A stretch of 64,000 bases of DNA from Bdellovibrionales bacterium (GCA_031370005.1 JANMPT010000107.1:1-64000); one strand, 5' to 3'. Positions 29,826 to 39,924 are shown, numbered from the stretch's first letter. Translations and numbers: made by a program. The notes: generated by a model not told the origin, from the letters alone.

Positions 29826-30439
29826 TACAGCTCCACTCGGTTTTCTAAGGCCTGACCCATAGTTCTATCATCTATGAAATCAATGTCGCTGCCAATAGGA
29901 ACTCCATGAGCCAGGCGACATAATCGAACGCCTTTGCCCTGAAGGAGTTTTGCAAGATACAAAATTGTAGTGTCACCCTCAAGATCCGCATCCAGTGCAA
30001 GAACTATTTCTTTAATGCAATGACCAGTCCCATTAAGCCCCGCGTCAACACGAGAGATAAGTTCTTTAATTTTAAGATCTTGAGCATTTATGCCCTCTAA
30101 AGGCGAGATCACTCCATGCAAAACATGATAGCGACCGCGAAAAGCTCCCGAAGACTCCACCTTCATAATGTCTGAAGGCTCTTCCACCACGCAAATGAAC
30201 TCATCAGAGCGATGAGCATCCTTACAGTATTTGCATTCCTCATTATCAGTATAATTGTAACACTTTTTACAGGTATGAATTTCGCTGCACACTCGAATCA
30301 AAGCTTCGCTTAAGCGATCCGCGTAATTATCTTTGGACTTCAAGATATGATACGCAAGGCGCTGAGCCGTCTTTGGACCAATGCCCGGAAGACGACTGAG
30401 TTCGTGAACAAGTTTTTCAAGCGCAGGAATATTCAACAT
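29825..30439 (-). CDS. recR: Recombination protein RecR
   Basis: LPGIGPKTAQRLA, C4 zinc finger, YHVLHGVISP. Confidence 0.96.
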   Translation of the reverse strand: MLNIPALEKLVHELSRLPGIGPKTAQRLAYHILKSKDNYADRLSEALIRVCSEIHTCKKCYNYTDNEECKYCKDAHRSDEFICVVEEPSDIMKVESSGAFRGRYHVLHGVISPLEGINAQDLKIKELISRVDAGLNGTGHCIKEIVLALDADLEGDTTILYLAKLLQGKGVRLCRLAHGVPIGSDIDFIDDRTMGQALENRVEL

Positions 30440-30443
30440 TTGA

Positions 30444-30767
30444 CTAGAATAGACCAGGAACGTTCATGCCGCCAGTTACTTTTTCCATCTCTTTCTGAGA
30501 GGTTTCACGAGCTGTTTTTACTGCTTCATTTGTCGCCGTGAGGATCAAGTCCTGAACCATCTCAACATCACCTGATTTAATAACCTCAGGATTGATCGTC
30601 AAGGCAGTCATTTTGTATTCGCCATTCACCTTTACTATGACCGCGCCGCCACCAGAAGTTCCCTCGTACTCTTGCTTAGCTAGGTCTTCTTGGACCTTCT
30701 TCATACGCGTTTGCATTTGGTTAGCTTGTTTCATCAGTTGAGCCATACCACCGGAAAAACCTTTCAT
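30444..30767 (-). CDS. ybaB: YbaB/EbfC nucleoid-associated protein
   Basis: MKQANQMQ, SGGGAV; dnaX-ybaB-recR synteny. Confidence 0.95.
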   Translation of the reverse strand: MKGFSGGMAQLMKQANQMQTRMKKVQEDLAKQEYEGTSGGGAVIVKVNGEYKMTALTINPEVIKSGDVEMVQDLILTATNEAVKTARETSQKEMEKVTGGMNVPGLF

Positions 30768-30770
30768 GCG

Positions 30771-32354
30771 TTACCTCCTGCCACTTTCGGCAATCTCTGT
30801 CACAGTTTTGATTTGACCTTTGAAAACCAATTGAGCTGTCTTTATCATCAGGTTCTCATCGATTTGTTTTCGAATCTCATCTTCGGCCTGCTGAGTTTTT
30901 TTCTGCATCAAAGTACTGGCGCTTTCGCCCAACACCGAGTCCCGATCATTCAGAACTAGAAAAGAATAACCAGCCCCCCAGTATGAATCAATATATCCTT
31001 GCAGTTTGGCGCGGATGGCAGAGTCATTCATTTGCTCTTTAAGAAAGGCCAGCCTCGGAGGAATACCCAGGCTCAGTACCTTGGCCTCTTCTTTTGCAAA
31101 AAGTAAATTTTCAATTTTTGCGGCAAAAAGAGCTTCGCTTTGACGGATTTTATCCACAAATGCGAGCCATTTTTCATTCAAAGTCATGCCTGTAACATAT
31201 TTGACCGGAGCCTCAGAGCTTAGCCGGGCCCCACCTCTAAGCAGGCTTTCTAGATCTGAGATCTGAGGTGCCGCCGCCATCCGAAGCAAACTGACTTCTA
31301 GAACAATGCGCGGATCTTGTGCTCTGGATATGTCATTGCCTGCTTTGAGTGCCATATCGAAGAGCAAGTGCAAATCCTCTTCAGAAACTTGCCCTGCTAG
31401 CTCGGTCAAAGCTTGAAGCTCAGAGTCCGGAAGCTCAAGAATGTGAGCCACCTCTGTTCCTGAAATTTTAACAAAAAGCAAATTACGGATCATTTCGAGC
31501 AAATCTTGTGAAAACAAATGCGGCTCAAAGCCGGAAACTGCAATTTTCTCTAAAACAGCCATAACTGCTTTTGTATTGCGAGCCACAAGCGACTTAAGTG
31601 CTTCGAAAAGCAAACTACGACTGGTCAGTCCCAAAATTTCAATCACATTTTTTGAATTCAAAGGGCCATCAGCGAAGGTGATCACTTGATCGAGCAGACT
31701 TAAGCTATCCCGCATAGAGCCATCGCCCTGTCGAGCAATCATCCATAGTGCTTCATCTTCAGCAGTGATGCTTTCTCCCTCACAGATTTTTTTAAGTTGA
31801 TCGGTGATTTGCTTAATAGGAATACGGCGAAAATCATAGCGTTGGCACCGGGACAAAATGGTTTGCGGAATTTTTTGTACCTCTGTTGTAGCCATAATGA
31901 AAATCACGTGCTCCGGCGGCTCCTCGAGTGTTTTTAAAAGGGCGTTGAAAGCACTGGTGGAAAGCATGTGAACTTCATCAATAATATAAACCTTGTACTT
32001 GCCGGAGGACGGCATATAACCCACAGAGTTTCGCAAATCGCGAATCGCATCGACCCCGTTATTGCTGGCGCCATCAAGCTCAATCACCTCAGGGCTTCGA
32101 CTTTGAGCAATCTCGATACAAGAATCACATTTATCACATGGAACAAAATTCACCGCGTTTGGGCAGCGGATGGCTTTTGCCAGAATTCGCGCAGAAGAGG
32201 TTTTGCCGGTTCCGCGGGGTCCAGTCAGAAGGATGGCATGATGAAGGCGATTATTTTTAAGGGCATTGGTCAAGGTTTGAGTAATATGATTCTGTCCAAC
32301 GACTTCGTTGAAAGACTGAGGACGCCATTTACGTGCAATGACCAAGTAAGACAA
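30771..32354 (-). CDS. dnaX: DNA polymerase III gamma/tau
   Basis: SY.VIARKWRPQSF, GPRGTGKT, IIDEVHML, TILSRC. Confidence 0.96.
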   Translation of the reverse strand: MSYLVIARKWRPQSFNEVVGQNHITQTLTNALKNNRLHHAILLTGPRGTGKTSSARILAKAIRCPNAVNFVPCDKCDSCIEIAQSRSPEVIELDGASNNGVDAIRDLRNSVGYMPSSGKYKVYIIDEVHMLSTSAFNALLKTLEEPPEHVIFIMATTEVQKIPQTILSRCQRYDFRRIPIKQITDQLKKICEGESITAEDEALWMIARQGDGSMRDSLSLLDQVITFADGPLNSKNVIEILGLTSRSLLFEALKSLVARNTKAVMAVLEKIAVSGFEPHLFSQDLLEMIRNLLFVKISGTEVAHILELPDSELQALTELAGQVSEEDLHLLFDMALKAGNDISRAQDPRIVLEVSLLRMAAAPQISDLESLLRGGARLSSEAPVKYVTGMTLNEKWLAFVDKIRQSEALFAAKIENLLFAKEEAKVLSLGIPPRLAFLKEQMNDSAIRAKLQGYIDSYWGAGYSFLVLNDRDSVLGESASTLMQKKTQQAEDEIRKQIDENLMIKTAQLVFKGQIKTVTEIAESGRR

Positions 32355-32375
32355 AGAGACCCCTCTAAAAACAGT

Positions 32376-32470
32376 GGCCGAGCACCCCATATCACATAGT
32401 CCCTTAAACGCCGTTGCTTCCTTCCGGACCTAGCGGATTCAGTAAGGGCTCTATTGTATGGGACCCGGCC
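32376..32470 (-). ncRNA. ffs: Small SRP RNA (4.5S)
   Basis: Helix-8 motif AGGTCCGGAAGGAAGCAA; terminal stem GGCCGGG/CTCGGCC; directly upstream of dnaX. Confidence 0.9.
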
Positions 32471-32541
32471 ATGGCTGTATTAACCTTCAGTGGCTTACAT
32501 TTCACCAAATAACGCCTAGCGCATACGAAAAACTCCAGGCT

Positions 32542-33534
32542 TTAGCGATTATTCGCCCAAGCGATTTTCTCCAGTGCCTCGACCTCTTCCGCCCAGTATC
32601 TAAACGTATTAAATTCTGGGAACAAACGCGGAAAACTTGGATCTTCCCAGCGTTTTGCAATCCAACCTGCATAAGAAATAATGCGCAGGCCTCGCAGCCA
32701 AGGCACCCATTCCCACTGGTGCTCGGGAAATTCGCGGAGATCTTCATAACCCTTAATGATCTCTTTGCGCTCACGCTCACCCTCTTCATCTTCTCCGCTG
32801 AGAAGCATCCAGAAATCCTGAATGACGGGGCCTGTAAGAAAATCATCAAAGTCGACTAAAAAAAACTGGCTGCCATTATGAAGTAAATTACCTTTATGAC
32901 AGTCACCGTGAATACGGATAAATTCGCTGGGATCTAAAAGATCATCAAGCCTTTGAAGAATCATTTCTGCCGCATCATTATAGCGCCCACGCACCTCAGG
33001 GGCTATCCAACTTTGCAAGTTATCGAGAGTCTCCCAGCCACCATAATAACTTGAATCTAGTATCGGGCGATGGGTGGCTTTCCGAAGTGCACCAATGTTG
33101 TGAACCTGAGCCATCAGTCGACCGATTTGCGCAAGTTCCTCGCCAATAAATTCTTGAGGCATTCTTCCGCGTACTTTTGGAAAAAAAGCTATGTACATGC
33201 CATACTGATCGCTGATCGTACTTCCGGATTTCAAAATAAGAGGTGCCACTGCGGGAATTTGCTCAGCTTGGAGATCCTGCAAAAAACTGTGTTCTTCCAG
33301 GATAGCGTCCTTACTCCAGCGATACGGGCGATAAAACTTAGCTATAATATTTGTTGTGACATTTGCCATGTCATTTTCGTGTTTTTCAAAAGACTTTTCC
33401 AAGCGAATGTCAAAAACACGATTTTCATAGGAATTTAACTGCGAAAACTCGCCTGTCGTAAGAAAGCCCTCATTTTCTGCCGCTTGCAGAACCTTTTCGG
33501 GGTCTAGATTGTAAAAGGAGCTTTTTGAATTCAT
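32542..33534 (-). CDS. srkA: Ser/Thr kinase SrkA (RdoA/YihE)
   Basis: LNSYENRV, KFYRP.RWS, HGDCHKGN, DFDD, RWEDP.FP. Confidence 0.92.
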   Translation of the reverse strand: MNSKSSFYNLDPEKVLQAAENEGFLTTGEFSQLNSYENRVFDIRLEKSFEKHENDMANVTTNIIAKFYRPYRWSKDAILEEHSFLQDLQAEQIPAVAPLILKSGSTISDQYGMYIAFFPKVRGRMPQEFIGEELAQIGRLMAQVHNIGALRKATHRPILDSSYYGGWETLDNLQSWIAPEVRGRYNDAAEMILQRLDDLLDPSEFIRIHGDCHKGNLLHNGSQFFLVDFDDFLTGPVIQDFWMLLSGEDEEGERERKEIIKGYEDLREFPEHQWEWVPWLRGLRIISYAGWIAKRWEDPSFPRLFPEFNTFRYWAEEVEALEKIAWANNR

Positions 33535-33562
33535 ACTTGCAGTGTAACTTGCATGAAAGCGC

Positions 33563-34333
33563 ATGGCAAACAAGGCAAATACAAAAATAGAGATTGAGGT
33601 TTTCAATTTTTCAGATTGGGCTGTAGAGATCCATCGCCGAGCGTTTCGCCGCTCGGTCTCTATACATTTGTATCCGCAGCGCCCAATTAAAGTCGTCGCT
33701 GGTAAGTTGACGACACAAAAAACAATCAGCGAATTCTTGCGGACAAAAAAAGTTTGGATTGAAGAACATCTTGCCAGATTTGCTGAGTTAACAGAGGCCT
33801 TTCCAAAAATCAAATCTTATCAGAAATTTCCATTTCAGGGGCAAAGCTTGGATTTGCGCATGACGATCACCGTATTAAAAACCCCCTTTGTGGCAATTCA
33901 AGAAGGCGAGCTGCGCCTGCATATTCCCCGCAACGAGTGGAGTGCGGAGGTGGTGACCGATGAGCACCCTGAGCTCTTAACCGTGATTCGTGATTTTTAT
34001 AAACGCGAAGCAATTAAGACAATCACCGAGCGAGCTGCATTTTGGTCTGATCAAATGAAGCTTTTTCCGAAAGCACTTAAATTTCGCGAACAAAAAACCC
34101 GCTGGGGAAGCTGCTCATCCCGTGGAACCATTAATTTTAATTGGCGCCTGATCGTTTTTAGCCCTGCGATTATCGATTACGTAATCATCCACGAATTGGC
34201 ACATTTGAAGTATATGAATCATTCCCATTTATTCTGGTGTCTTGTTAAATCTCATTGTCAGGAATATGAAATATTGATGAAAGAGCTTCGTAATTTACAA
34301 TATCACTGTGAATTTCTCACGCCACGCCATTGA
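33563..34333 (+). CDS. YgjP/DUF45 (M48-like) metallopeptidase
   Basis: KTRWGSCS, NWRL, DYVIIHELAHL..NHS..FW. Confidence 0.9.
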   Translation: MANKANTKIEIEVFNFSDWAVEIHRRAFRRSVSIHLYPQRPIKVVAGKLTTQKTISEFLRTKKVWIEEHLARFAELTEAFPKIKSYQKFPFQGQSLDLRMTITVLKTPFVAIQEGELRLHIPRNEWSAEVVTDEHPELLTVIRDFYKREAIKTITERAAFWSDQMKLFPKALKFREQKTRWGSCSSRGTINFNWRLIVFSPAIIDYVIIHELAHLKYMNHSHLFWCLVKSHCQEYEILMKELRNLQYHCEFLTPRH

Positions 34334-34407
34334 CGACCTTTACACATCTTTAGTTTTTATTTTGTTTTGGTGTCAATAGAGGTTAGGTTCCTCGCAAGGA
34401 GAAACTT

Positions 34408-35280
34408 ATGTCTAGAATAAAGTTAAACGGCACCGAAATTTACTATGAGGATCATGGCCCTAAAGATGCTCCGGCTATTATTTTTAGTCCATTGCTATAC
34501 ATGGACACCTCGGTCTACGACCCTATGGTAAAGGCTTTCTCAGATGAATACCGCGTGATCACTTATGATCATCGTGGGCAAGGTCAAAGTTGGCATGCCG
34601 CTAAAAAAATTAGCCTTCTAACCTCCACCAAAGACATCATAGAGCTGATCGAAAGTTTAAAAATTGAACCCTGCCACTTTGTCGGCAATTGCTTAGGAGC
34701 CTACGTCGGATTAAATCTTGCTGTTCAGCGATCCGACCTTTTAAAAAGTTGCACTCTGATGGGGGCCATTGCAGAATCCGAGCTCCCAGAGGCAATTAAA
34801 AAAATGGATCAATTCTTAGAGTCCATGAAAAAAAATGGCGTAAAGTCCGGGATGACCGCCTTTGCAAATTCCAATTTTGGCATAAGTTTCCGCACCAGCA
34901 CAGACCCGCAAGTGGTCGCCCGTAGAGAAAAAATAATGGAGCATCTTCTGCACTTATCCCCGGAGCTACTTGAAGTTGGACGCCAAATATTTCATCGCCA
35001 AGAGGTTTCTAAAAATCAGCTTCAGAAAATCACCGCCCCCGTTCTTATTTTGGCCGGAGACGAAGATCAGCCAAACAACATCGCCGCCTACCGACGCTTG
35101 GGACAAGCCATCCCCCACGTTAGCTACAAAACCGTCCAGCACGCTGGATACTCCGTGGTCATAGAGCAACCCCAAGCTGTGATTGCCTTGCTCGGCGACC
35201 ACATTGAAAAAGCAGAAAGAGCCTATAGCGCACGAACAGTCATAAAAGAAAATAGCAAAGAAAAGCGACCTAAGTATTAG
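34408..35280 (+). CDS. Alpha/beta hydrolase with a Cys at the nucleophile position
   Basis: YDHRGQGQS; nucleophile elbow is GNCLG; the usual catalytic His position reads AGY. Confidence 0.8.
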   Translation: MSRIKLNGTEIYYEDHGPKDAPAIIFSPLLYMDTSVYDPMVKAFSDEYRVITYDHRGQGQSWHAAKKISLLTSTKDIIELIESLKIEPCHFVGNCLGAYVGLNLAVQRSDLLKSCTLMGAIAESELPEAIKKMDQFLESMKKNGVKSGMTAFANSNFGISFRTSTDPQVVARREKIMEHLLHLSPELLEVGRQIFHRQEVSKNQLQKITAPVLILAGDEDQPNNIAAYRRLGQAIPHVSYKTVQHAGYSVVIEQPQAVIALLGDHIEKAERAYSARTVIKENSKEKRPKY

Positions 35281-35340
35281 GCGGATGGCCTTCGGTCGTC
35301 CGAAAGTTTTTTCACTTTCTTTTCACTTCTTCTGAACTGC

Positions 35341-35685
35341 ACAATATTCATCAAACCCCTTCAGAATAATGTCTATGGCCAAGTTCTTCATAATGGGCAT
35401 ATTGCGATTGAGCTCGTAGTGAAGTCAGCAATTTCAAGGCAGTATGGCCGACACCCTCATGGGCATGAGATTCGCGAACTTACCCGGGTAAAAGTAAATG
35501 GCAATCACTTGTTGATTGACATTAATGGCGACCAAGCAGCTCAAAAGCACTTCAATGCGATATACGCGGCATGGAAGATGCACTATAGATATGTGCAGAA
35601 GACTGTTCCTCAGACTGAAGCAATTAAATATTTAAACGCTTTTAAGGAGGCTTACGTATGGATAAAAAACAAATACTGTCAGTAA
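35341..35685 (+). pseudogene. HEPN-domain protein, probably 5'-truncated
   Basis: The frame upstream of GTG 35419 reads YGQVLHNGHIAIELVVKSAI...HPHGHEI...WKMHYRY...A....WI, a HEPN pattern. No upstream ATG. Confidence 0.6.
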
Positions 35686-35981
35686 TGCACGAAGCGTTTA
35701 AAAGTTTGACAGTGTCTAATATTGAAATTCTCGAGTTAGATGGACCTCTTATAAGCATTCGGATCGTGGCAGAAGGATATGCTAGCCTTAACATTCCGGA
35801 ACGGGTTGATGTTTTGACGGACTTATTGAGAGCGGCCTCGCCGGTAATCTCTCTAAATTATGCTATATCATTTGAACCACTAACGCCCTCTGAATTTTCA
35901 GAGTGGTATGGGAATGGAAAATCAAATAAGTCTTCTAGCGGCGACTCTAATGGAGTCGCTGCCAAACCTCTTGATTTATAA
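35658..35981 (+). CDS. Small BolA-like or degenerate MNT-like protein
   Basis: AAGGAGG RBS; IRIVAEGYASLNIPERVDVL...FEPLTPSEF; lacks the GS/DxD catalytic motif. Confidence 0.6.
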   Translation: MDKKQILSVMHEAFKSLTVSNIEILELDGPLISIRIVAEGYASLNIPERVDVLTDLLRAASPVISLNYAISFEPLTPSEFSEWYGNGKSNKSSSGDSNGVAAKPLDL

Positions 35982-36333
35982 GAAACAAATTTTAATACCG
36001 CTGAAAAAAATTCCGGCGGGCACGACTTCGTAAATTCTTATTTAAATTGCCTGAGCACGAGCGGTCATAAAAAAAGCGACCTAAGTATTAGGGCAAAGGG
36101 GTCTCAATAAGCAAAAGGTGATTCTCAGCATTGGTGTCTTCGCTCAAGATAAAGTTTTCCCGGGGCGCTATGACTTAAGTATTGAACAGATGGCCTTCGG
36201 CCATGAAATATTTCTTCACTTTTGACCAGGTCGTGGCCGATATGGTGCGCAAATAATACCGCCTTGACCTATCTGCGCTATAAATAACTATTGATTATGT
36301 TAACTCTCGTATTAAAATTGGGAGGGGGTTGAC

Positions 36334-37242
36334 TTGAACACAGCAAAAAAAAAATTAATTAACTATGATTTATGGCCCGTGAATAAAGAAGACTATTACC
36401 GCACTCTAACAGCCAGAAATTATCATTTTATTTCTTCAGCCACACAAAACCAGTTAAGAAATATAAAAATTTTAATTGCAGGATGCGGATCCACTGGGGG
36501 GGCTTGCATTGAGGCTCTAGCACGAGTAGGCGTAGAAAATTTCATACTTGCTGATAACGGAGAGTTCGAACTTACGAACTTAAATAGGCAACATGCATTT
36601 AAAGAAAACATAGGGCAAAACAAAGCCCAATTCCATGCTGACAACTTATTGGGCATCAACCCATTTATTAATGTAAAGTACTTTAACGAAGGAATTTCTC
36701 TAACAAACATAGAAGAGTCTACAAAATGGTCCGATGTCATAATAGATGCAATTGACGTAACATCCTCATCTGGTATTGAAGCAAAGCTGTCCTTACATGA
36801 GATGGCAAAAAGACAGCAAAAGCCCGTTCTGACTGCTTTAGATGTTGGTTTTTGTCAATGGGGGCGGTCCTATGACTATAGAGATGCGCGCATTGAGGTA
36901 TTTAATGGTTCTTATGCAAAAGCAAAAGCAGCTAAGCATCCATTAAAAGTTTTATTTTCAATTGTTCCTTTATCAGTGGTTCCCGCCCACTCTTTATCTC
37001 TGGTCGAGGATTTATTACGCAAGAAAAATATTTCAGCTTCACAATTAGGGTGTACATCGGACCTTCTCTCCGCGATTATTGTTCCCGTCATAATTCAATT
37101 TGTAGAATCTGGCCGCTTAGCCAAGGGCTGGCGAGTTGACCTCAACCAGTTTGCAAAATCAAGAGGTACAAGATCTAAACAATTCTTACGCAGTATATTT
37201 TCTTATTATAAAATTAAGAAGCTGCTGGCTTCGACTTTATAA
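36334..37242 (+). CDS. ThiF/E1-like adenylyltransferase
   Basis: IAGCGSTGG, LADNGEFELTNLNRQ, GQNKA, IIDAID. Confidence 0.9.
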   Translation: MNTAKKKLINYDLWPVNKEDYYRTLTARNYHFISSATQNQLRNIKILIAGCGSTGGACIEALARVGVENFILADNGEFELTNLNRQHAFKENIGQNKAQFHADNLLGINPFINVKYFNEGISLTNIEESTKWSDVIIDAIDVTSSSGIEAKLSLHEMAKRQQKPVLTALDVGFCQWGRSYDYRDARIEVFNGSYAKAKAAKHPLKVLFSIVPLSVVPAHSLSLVEDLLRKKNISASQLGCTSDLLSAIIVPVIIQFVESGRLAKGWRVDLNQFAKSRGTRSKQFLRSIFSYYKIKKLLASTL

Positions 37243-38082
37243 TAAATAATTGAGCATTTTATTAATTTGGGAATTAATAAAATGTGCATCATGTTTGCCT
37301 TCAGTTATTAATTCAAACTGATGGCTAACATTTTTTTGCTGAAGCACCTCATGAAGTGCCTTTGCCCCCTCAGAAAGACCAAATTCATCCTGGCCGCCGA
37401 TATCAAAATATATTTTTTTGCCAATCCAATCAGCCTTGTCCTTAGTTCTCGCTAAAGTTAAAGGGTCGAAATTTGAAAAGTCATTGAAATCGGCAAACTC
37501 GTTTTGAAAATCCGCAACTAAAACACTCAGCATTGCATCGCTGACTTGCTGTCGCCGTGCATATGCTGCCAGTTGTTTTTTATCTGTATAATCAAATGTA
37601 ACTAAGGTTGGGAAATGGGCACCAACTCCACCAAACCTATCCGGCTCACGCATAAACATATTTAGCGCAGCGTGACCGCCCATAGACCAGCCACAAATGA
37701 ATCTGTTTTCCGACTGCATTTGAGTACCAACCTCACATGCCGGGATAAGTTCATTTATGAAATACCTTGAAAATGACTTCGATGATAAAACCGGGTGATC
37801 ATGCAAAAAACTAGTTCCTACATAGGGAAATACAAATTGTATATTTTCCTGCGACCCCTGCGATAAAATATCGACAATAACGGGCAAAAGACCCGCCTGG
37901 ACAACTTGTGTATCATCTGCATTGCCACCATGCAGAAGGTAAACTGTTCTGCTGATTTTCGCCTTCGAATTGGAGCAAAAAAATCCAATGTGAAACTCAA
38001 GATTCAAAATTGTTGAATGAAAGCGCCACCTTTCGTAGCCCCAATTCTTTACTTCATAATTTTCTACCTTAGCAATAAGCAT
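37237..38082 (-). CDS. Esterase (alpha/beta hydrolase, FrmB/tributyrin esterase-like)
   Basis: YLLHG, GWSMGG, DIGGQD, GKH catalytic triad. Confidence 0.85.
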   Translation of the reverse strand: MLIAKVENYEVKNWGYERWRFHSTILNLEFHIGFFCSNSKAKISRTVYLLHGGNADDTQVVQAGLLPVIVDILSQGSQENIQFVFPYVGTSFLHDHPVLSSKSFSRYFINELIPACEVGTQMQSENRFICGWSMGGHAALNMFMREPDRFGGVGAHFPTLVTFDYTDKKQLAAYARRQQVSDAMLSVLVADFQNEFADFNDFSNFDPLTLARTKDKADWIGKKIYFDIGGQDEFGLSEGAKALHEVLQQKNVSHQFELITEGKHDAHFINSQINKMLNYLL

Positions 38083-38294
38083 TTAAATCTACACTTGTTC
38101 TTGTGTTATTACATACAATTTAACTATATCTTGAAGACCGCCGGCCTGCCAAAGTCTTTTGTTAAATAAACTCACATGAAGCGCCCGCCCTTTGTAGGGC
38201 TTTAGAATATGTCTAAACAAAATATATTTATCAACTAGACTTGATTGTGGTTGGCCTTGCTCCGAAAACTATATTAGTAGATGCGAGGTTTTCA

Positions 38295-39053
38295 ATGAGC
38301 AAATTTCGACTTGTAATTTTGGATAACGCCAAAGAGCAGTTAGATAATCCTACTGCTAAGAAAATAATTTCGGATATTGTGTTTGTAAAGCAGAAAAACT
38401 TTTTAAGAACCGACCCGCACTATGTTGTGACTGATAAGCATGACATGATTGGAACTCATTATCTTGTATATGATACTGCGGAGCTTTTGGATCCTAAGCT
38501 GGTGTTTGCAATTCGAACGACCTTTTTGGCTCGAGCGAAAGCGCATCGTGTCGATACGCCATTGATGAGTCTGATTCCCCAGTTGGAAAAACCACTTCAG
38601 GACGCCTTTAATAATTTTCATGCAAGGCACAAAGAAATCGTCGACTGCAATGCTTGGTTCGTAGACCCTAATTACTCGAAAAAGAACTCGGGGCTGAATC
38701 TTTCAGACCTGGGATACTTTATGGTTTGTATAAACGTTTTAAGGTCGGGTTTGGATAATATTGCAGGCTGCACGAATGAAAATTATAATGCCTCCCGTTG
38801 GCTTGACCAGGTTGGTTCTACACCGAAAGGTTTGGTTTTTGAACACCCTGTCGTAAAAGCTCCCCATAGGTTGTTGCTAATGGAAAACTTTAACATGACT
38901 CACTTTGCAAAAGTATATGAGGAGTATAAAGAGCTTATTAATGAGCTTTACGAAATTTTTCCAGAACCGGCCGCAGGGGAAAACTTTAAGTCGTTTTCAA
39001 CCTATGCTTCTGAGTTGTTTTCTAAACCACAAGGAACTTTGCGGGTCGCCTAG
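38295..39053 (+). CDS. LuxI/FeeM-like GNAT-fold acyltransferase (putative)
   Basis: K..NF....DKHD....HYLVY......IR and WFVDP resemble the AHL-synthase/N-acyl amino acid synthase pattern (R..F, D.xD, RL, RFxV). Confidence 0.55.
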   Translation: MSKFRLVILDNAKEQLDNPTAKKIISDIVFVKQKNFLRTDPHYVVTDKHDMIGTHYLVYDTAELLDPKLVFAIRTTFLARAKAHRVDTPLMSLIPQLEKPLQDAFNNFHARHKEIVDCNAWFVDPNYSKKNSGLNLSDLGYFMVCINVLRSGLDNIAGCTNENYNASRWLDQVGSTPKGLVFEHPVVKAPHRLLLMENFNMTHFAKVYEEYKELINELYEIFPEPAAGENFKSFSTYASELFSKPQGTLRVA

Positions 39054-39924
39054 GATTTGGCGTTAAATCAAGCTCATATTGCATTTCAACGACATCAGTA
39101 AATTTTATGAGTTCCGCTTTCGGAAATAGAGGAGTCATTCCACCCAAATATGGAAACCACGCTAATAAAATATGTCGGTAACGCATAAGACGCTTTACAT
39201 TTTGAGGGTTTTTTTTCAAAAATGGATGTTGGTTTAAGGGCAGTATAGTTCGTAAAACGTATTTTTTGCCAATAAAATGGCTTTTATATTCAAAATTTGA
39301 ATCAAAGTAGTCAAAGCTTTTAGCGAGGGTCGTGTAAATATCAAAGGAACTCTCGGCGCCGCCAAAGCTTTTTCCTAACCTTGTCTCTTGCAAGCTTAGA
39401 AAAATAACACTTGCGAGGGTGTCCAATTCTTCCTGTGAAAAACCACGCAGGGCCAAAGCCTCTAAAAGATCAGCAAAGTAAGTTAGGTTAATTTGAGCAT
39501 CTGGACTTTGATAGATAAGCGGTGAAACGTTCAGACTATAGAGGACTTGGTCGGCAAACCATTGACCACGTGTAAGTATGATATAGCGAATGATGTGAGC
39601 CGAGGTTCGTAGGAAGCTGTTTTGATTATCCTGATATCGAATCGGCAATGAGCAATAATCGCCCATGAGTCTTTTGCGTGCGAGATCTTTGTCGTAGTTC
39701 CCTGTAAAAAGATGATTTTCACCAATACCGACCAGAGTTGTCAGGCGACTGAACGAGCTGTGGTCGATTTTATAATTGACCTCTCGCTTCGACCACCACG
39801 CCAAACAATCCTCATGCCTTAATGGAATAATCTCCGGAAGCTTTCGCAGGGGCAGTCCGATTTCACGGACGAGCTCTCTTAGTCTGTCGGACTCGTTAAT
39901 GGGGGCTGCTTTTTTATTTTTCAT
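39022..39924 (-). CDS. Putative regulator/sensor: HTH-like N-terminus plus AraC-N/H-NOX-like ligand-binding region
   Basis: SLNVSPLIYQSPDAQINLTYFADLLEALA resembles the ligand-binding domain of OruR/VirS-type AraC proteins. Confidence 0.5.
   Translation of the reverse strand: MKNKKAAPINESDRLRELVREIGLPLRKLPEIIPLRHEDCLAWWSKREVNYKIDHSSFSRLTTLVGIGENHLFTGNYDKDLARKRLMGDYCSLPIRYQDNQNSFLRTSAHIIRYIILTRGQWFADQVLYSLNVSPLIYQSPDAQINLTYFADLLEALALRGFSQEELDTLASVIFLSLQETRLGKSFGGAESSFDIYTTLAKSFDYFDSNFEYKSHFIGKKYVLRTILPLNQHPFLKKNPQNVKRLMRYRHILLAWFPYLGGMTPLFPKAELIKFTDVVEMQYELDLTPNPRRPAKFLVV

Larger units (their letters stand above)
35261..36092. repeat. 21-bp direct repeats flanking the HEPN cassette
   Basis: AAAAGCGACCTAAGTATTAGG at 35261-35281 and 36072-36092; a third degenerate copy at 36171-36202. 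Confidence 0.85.

Noticed and set aside
4057..33438. Numerous antisense and alternate-frame ORFs over the flagellar and housekeeping genes (e.g. 4057-4707, 17711-18178, 31968-32399)
   Set aside because: They are shadows of well-supported genes, with no motifs or RBS.
32542..33813. Long N-terminal extension of SrkA overlapping the divergent YgjP-like gene
   Set aside because: Kinase homology begins at ATG 33534; the extension is an ORF-calling artefact.
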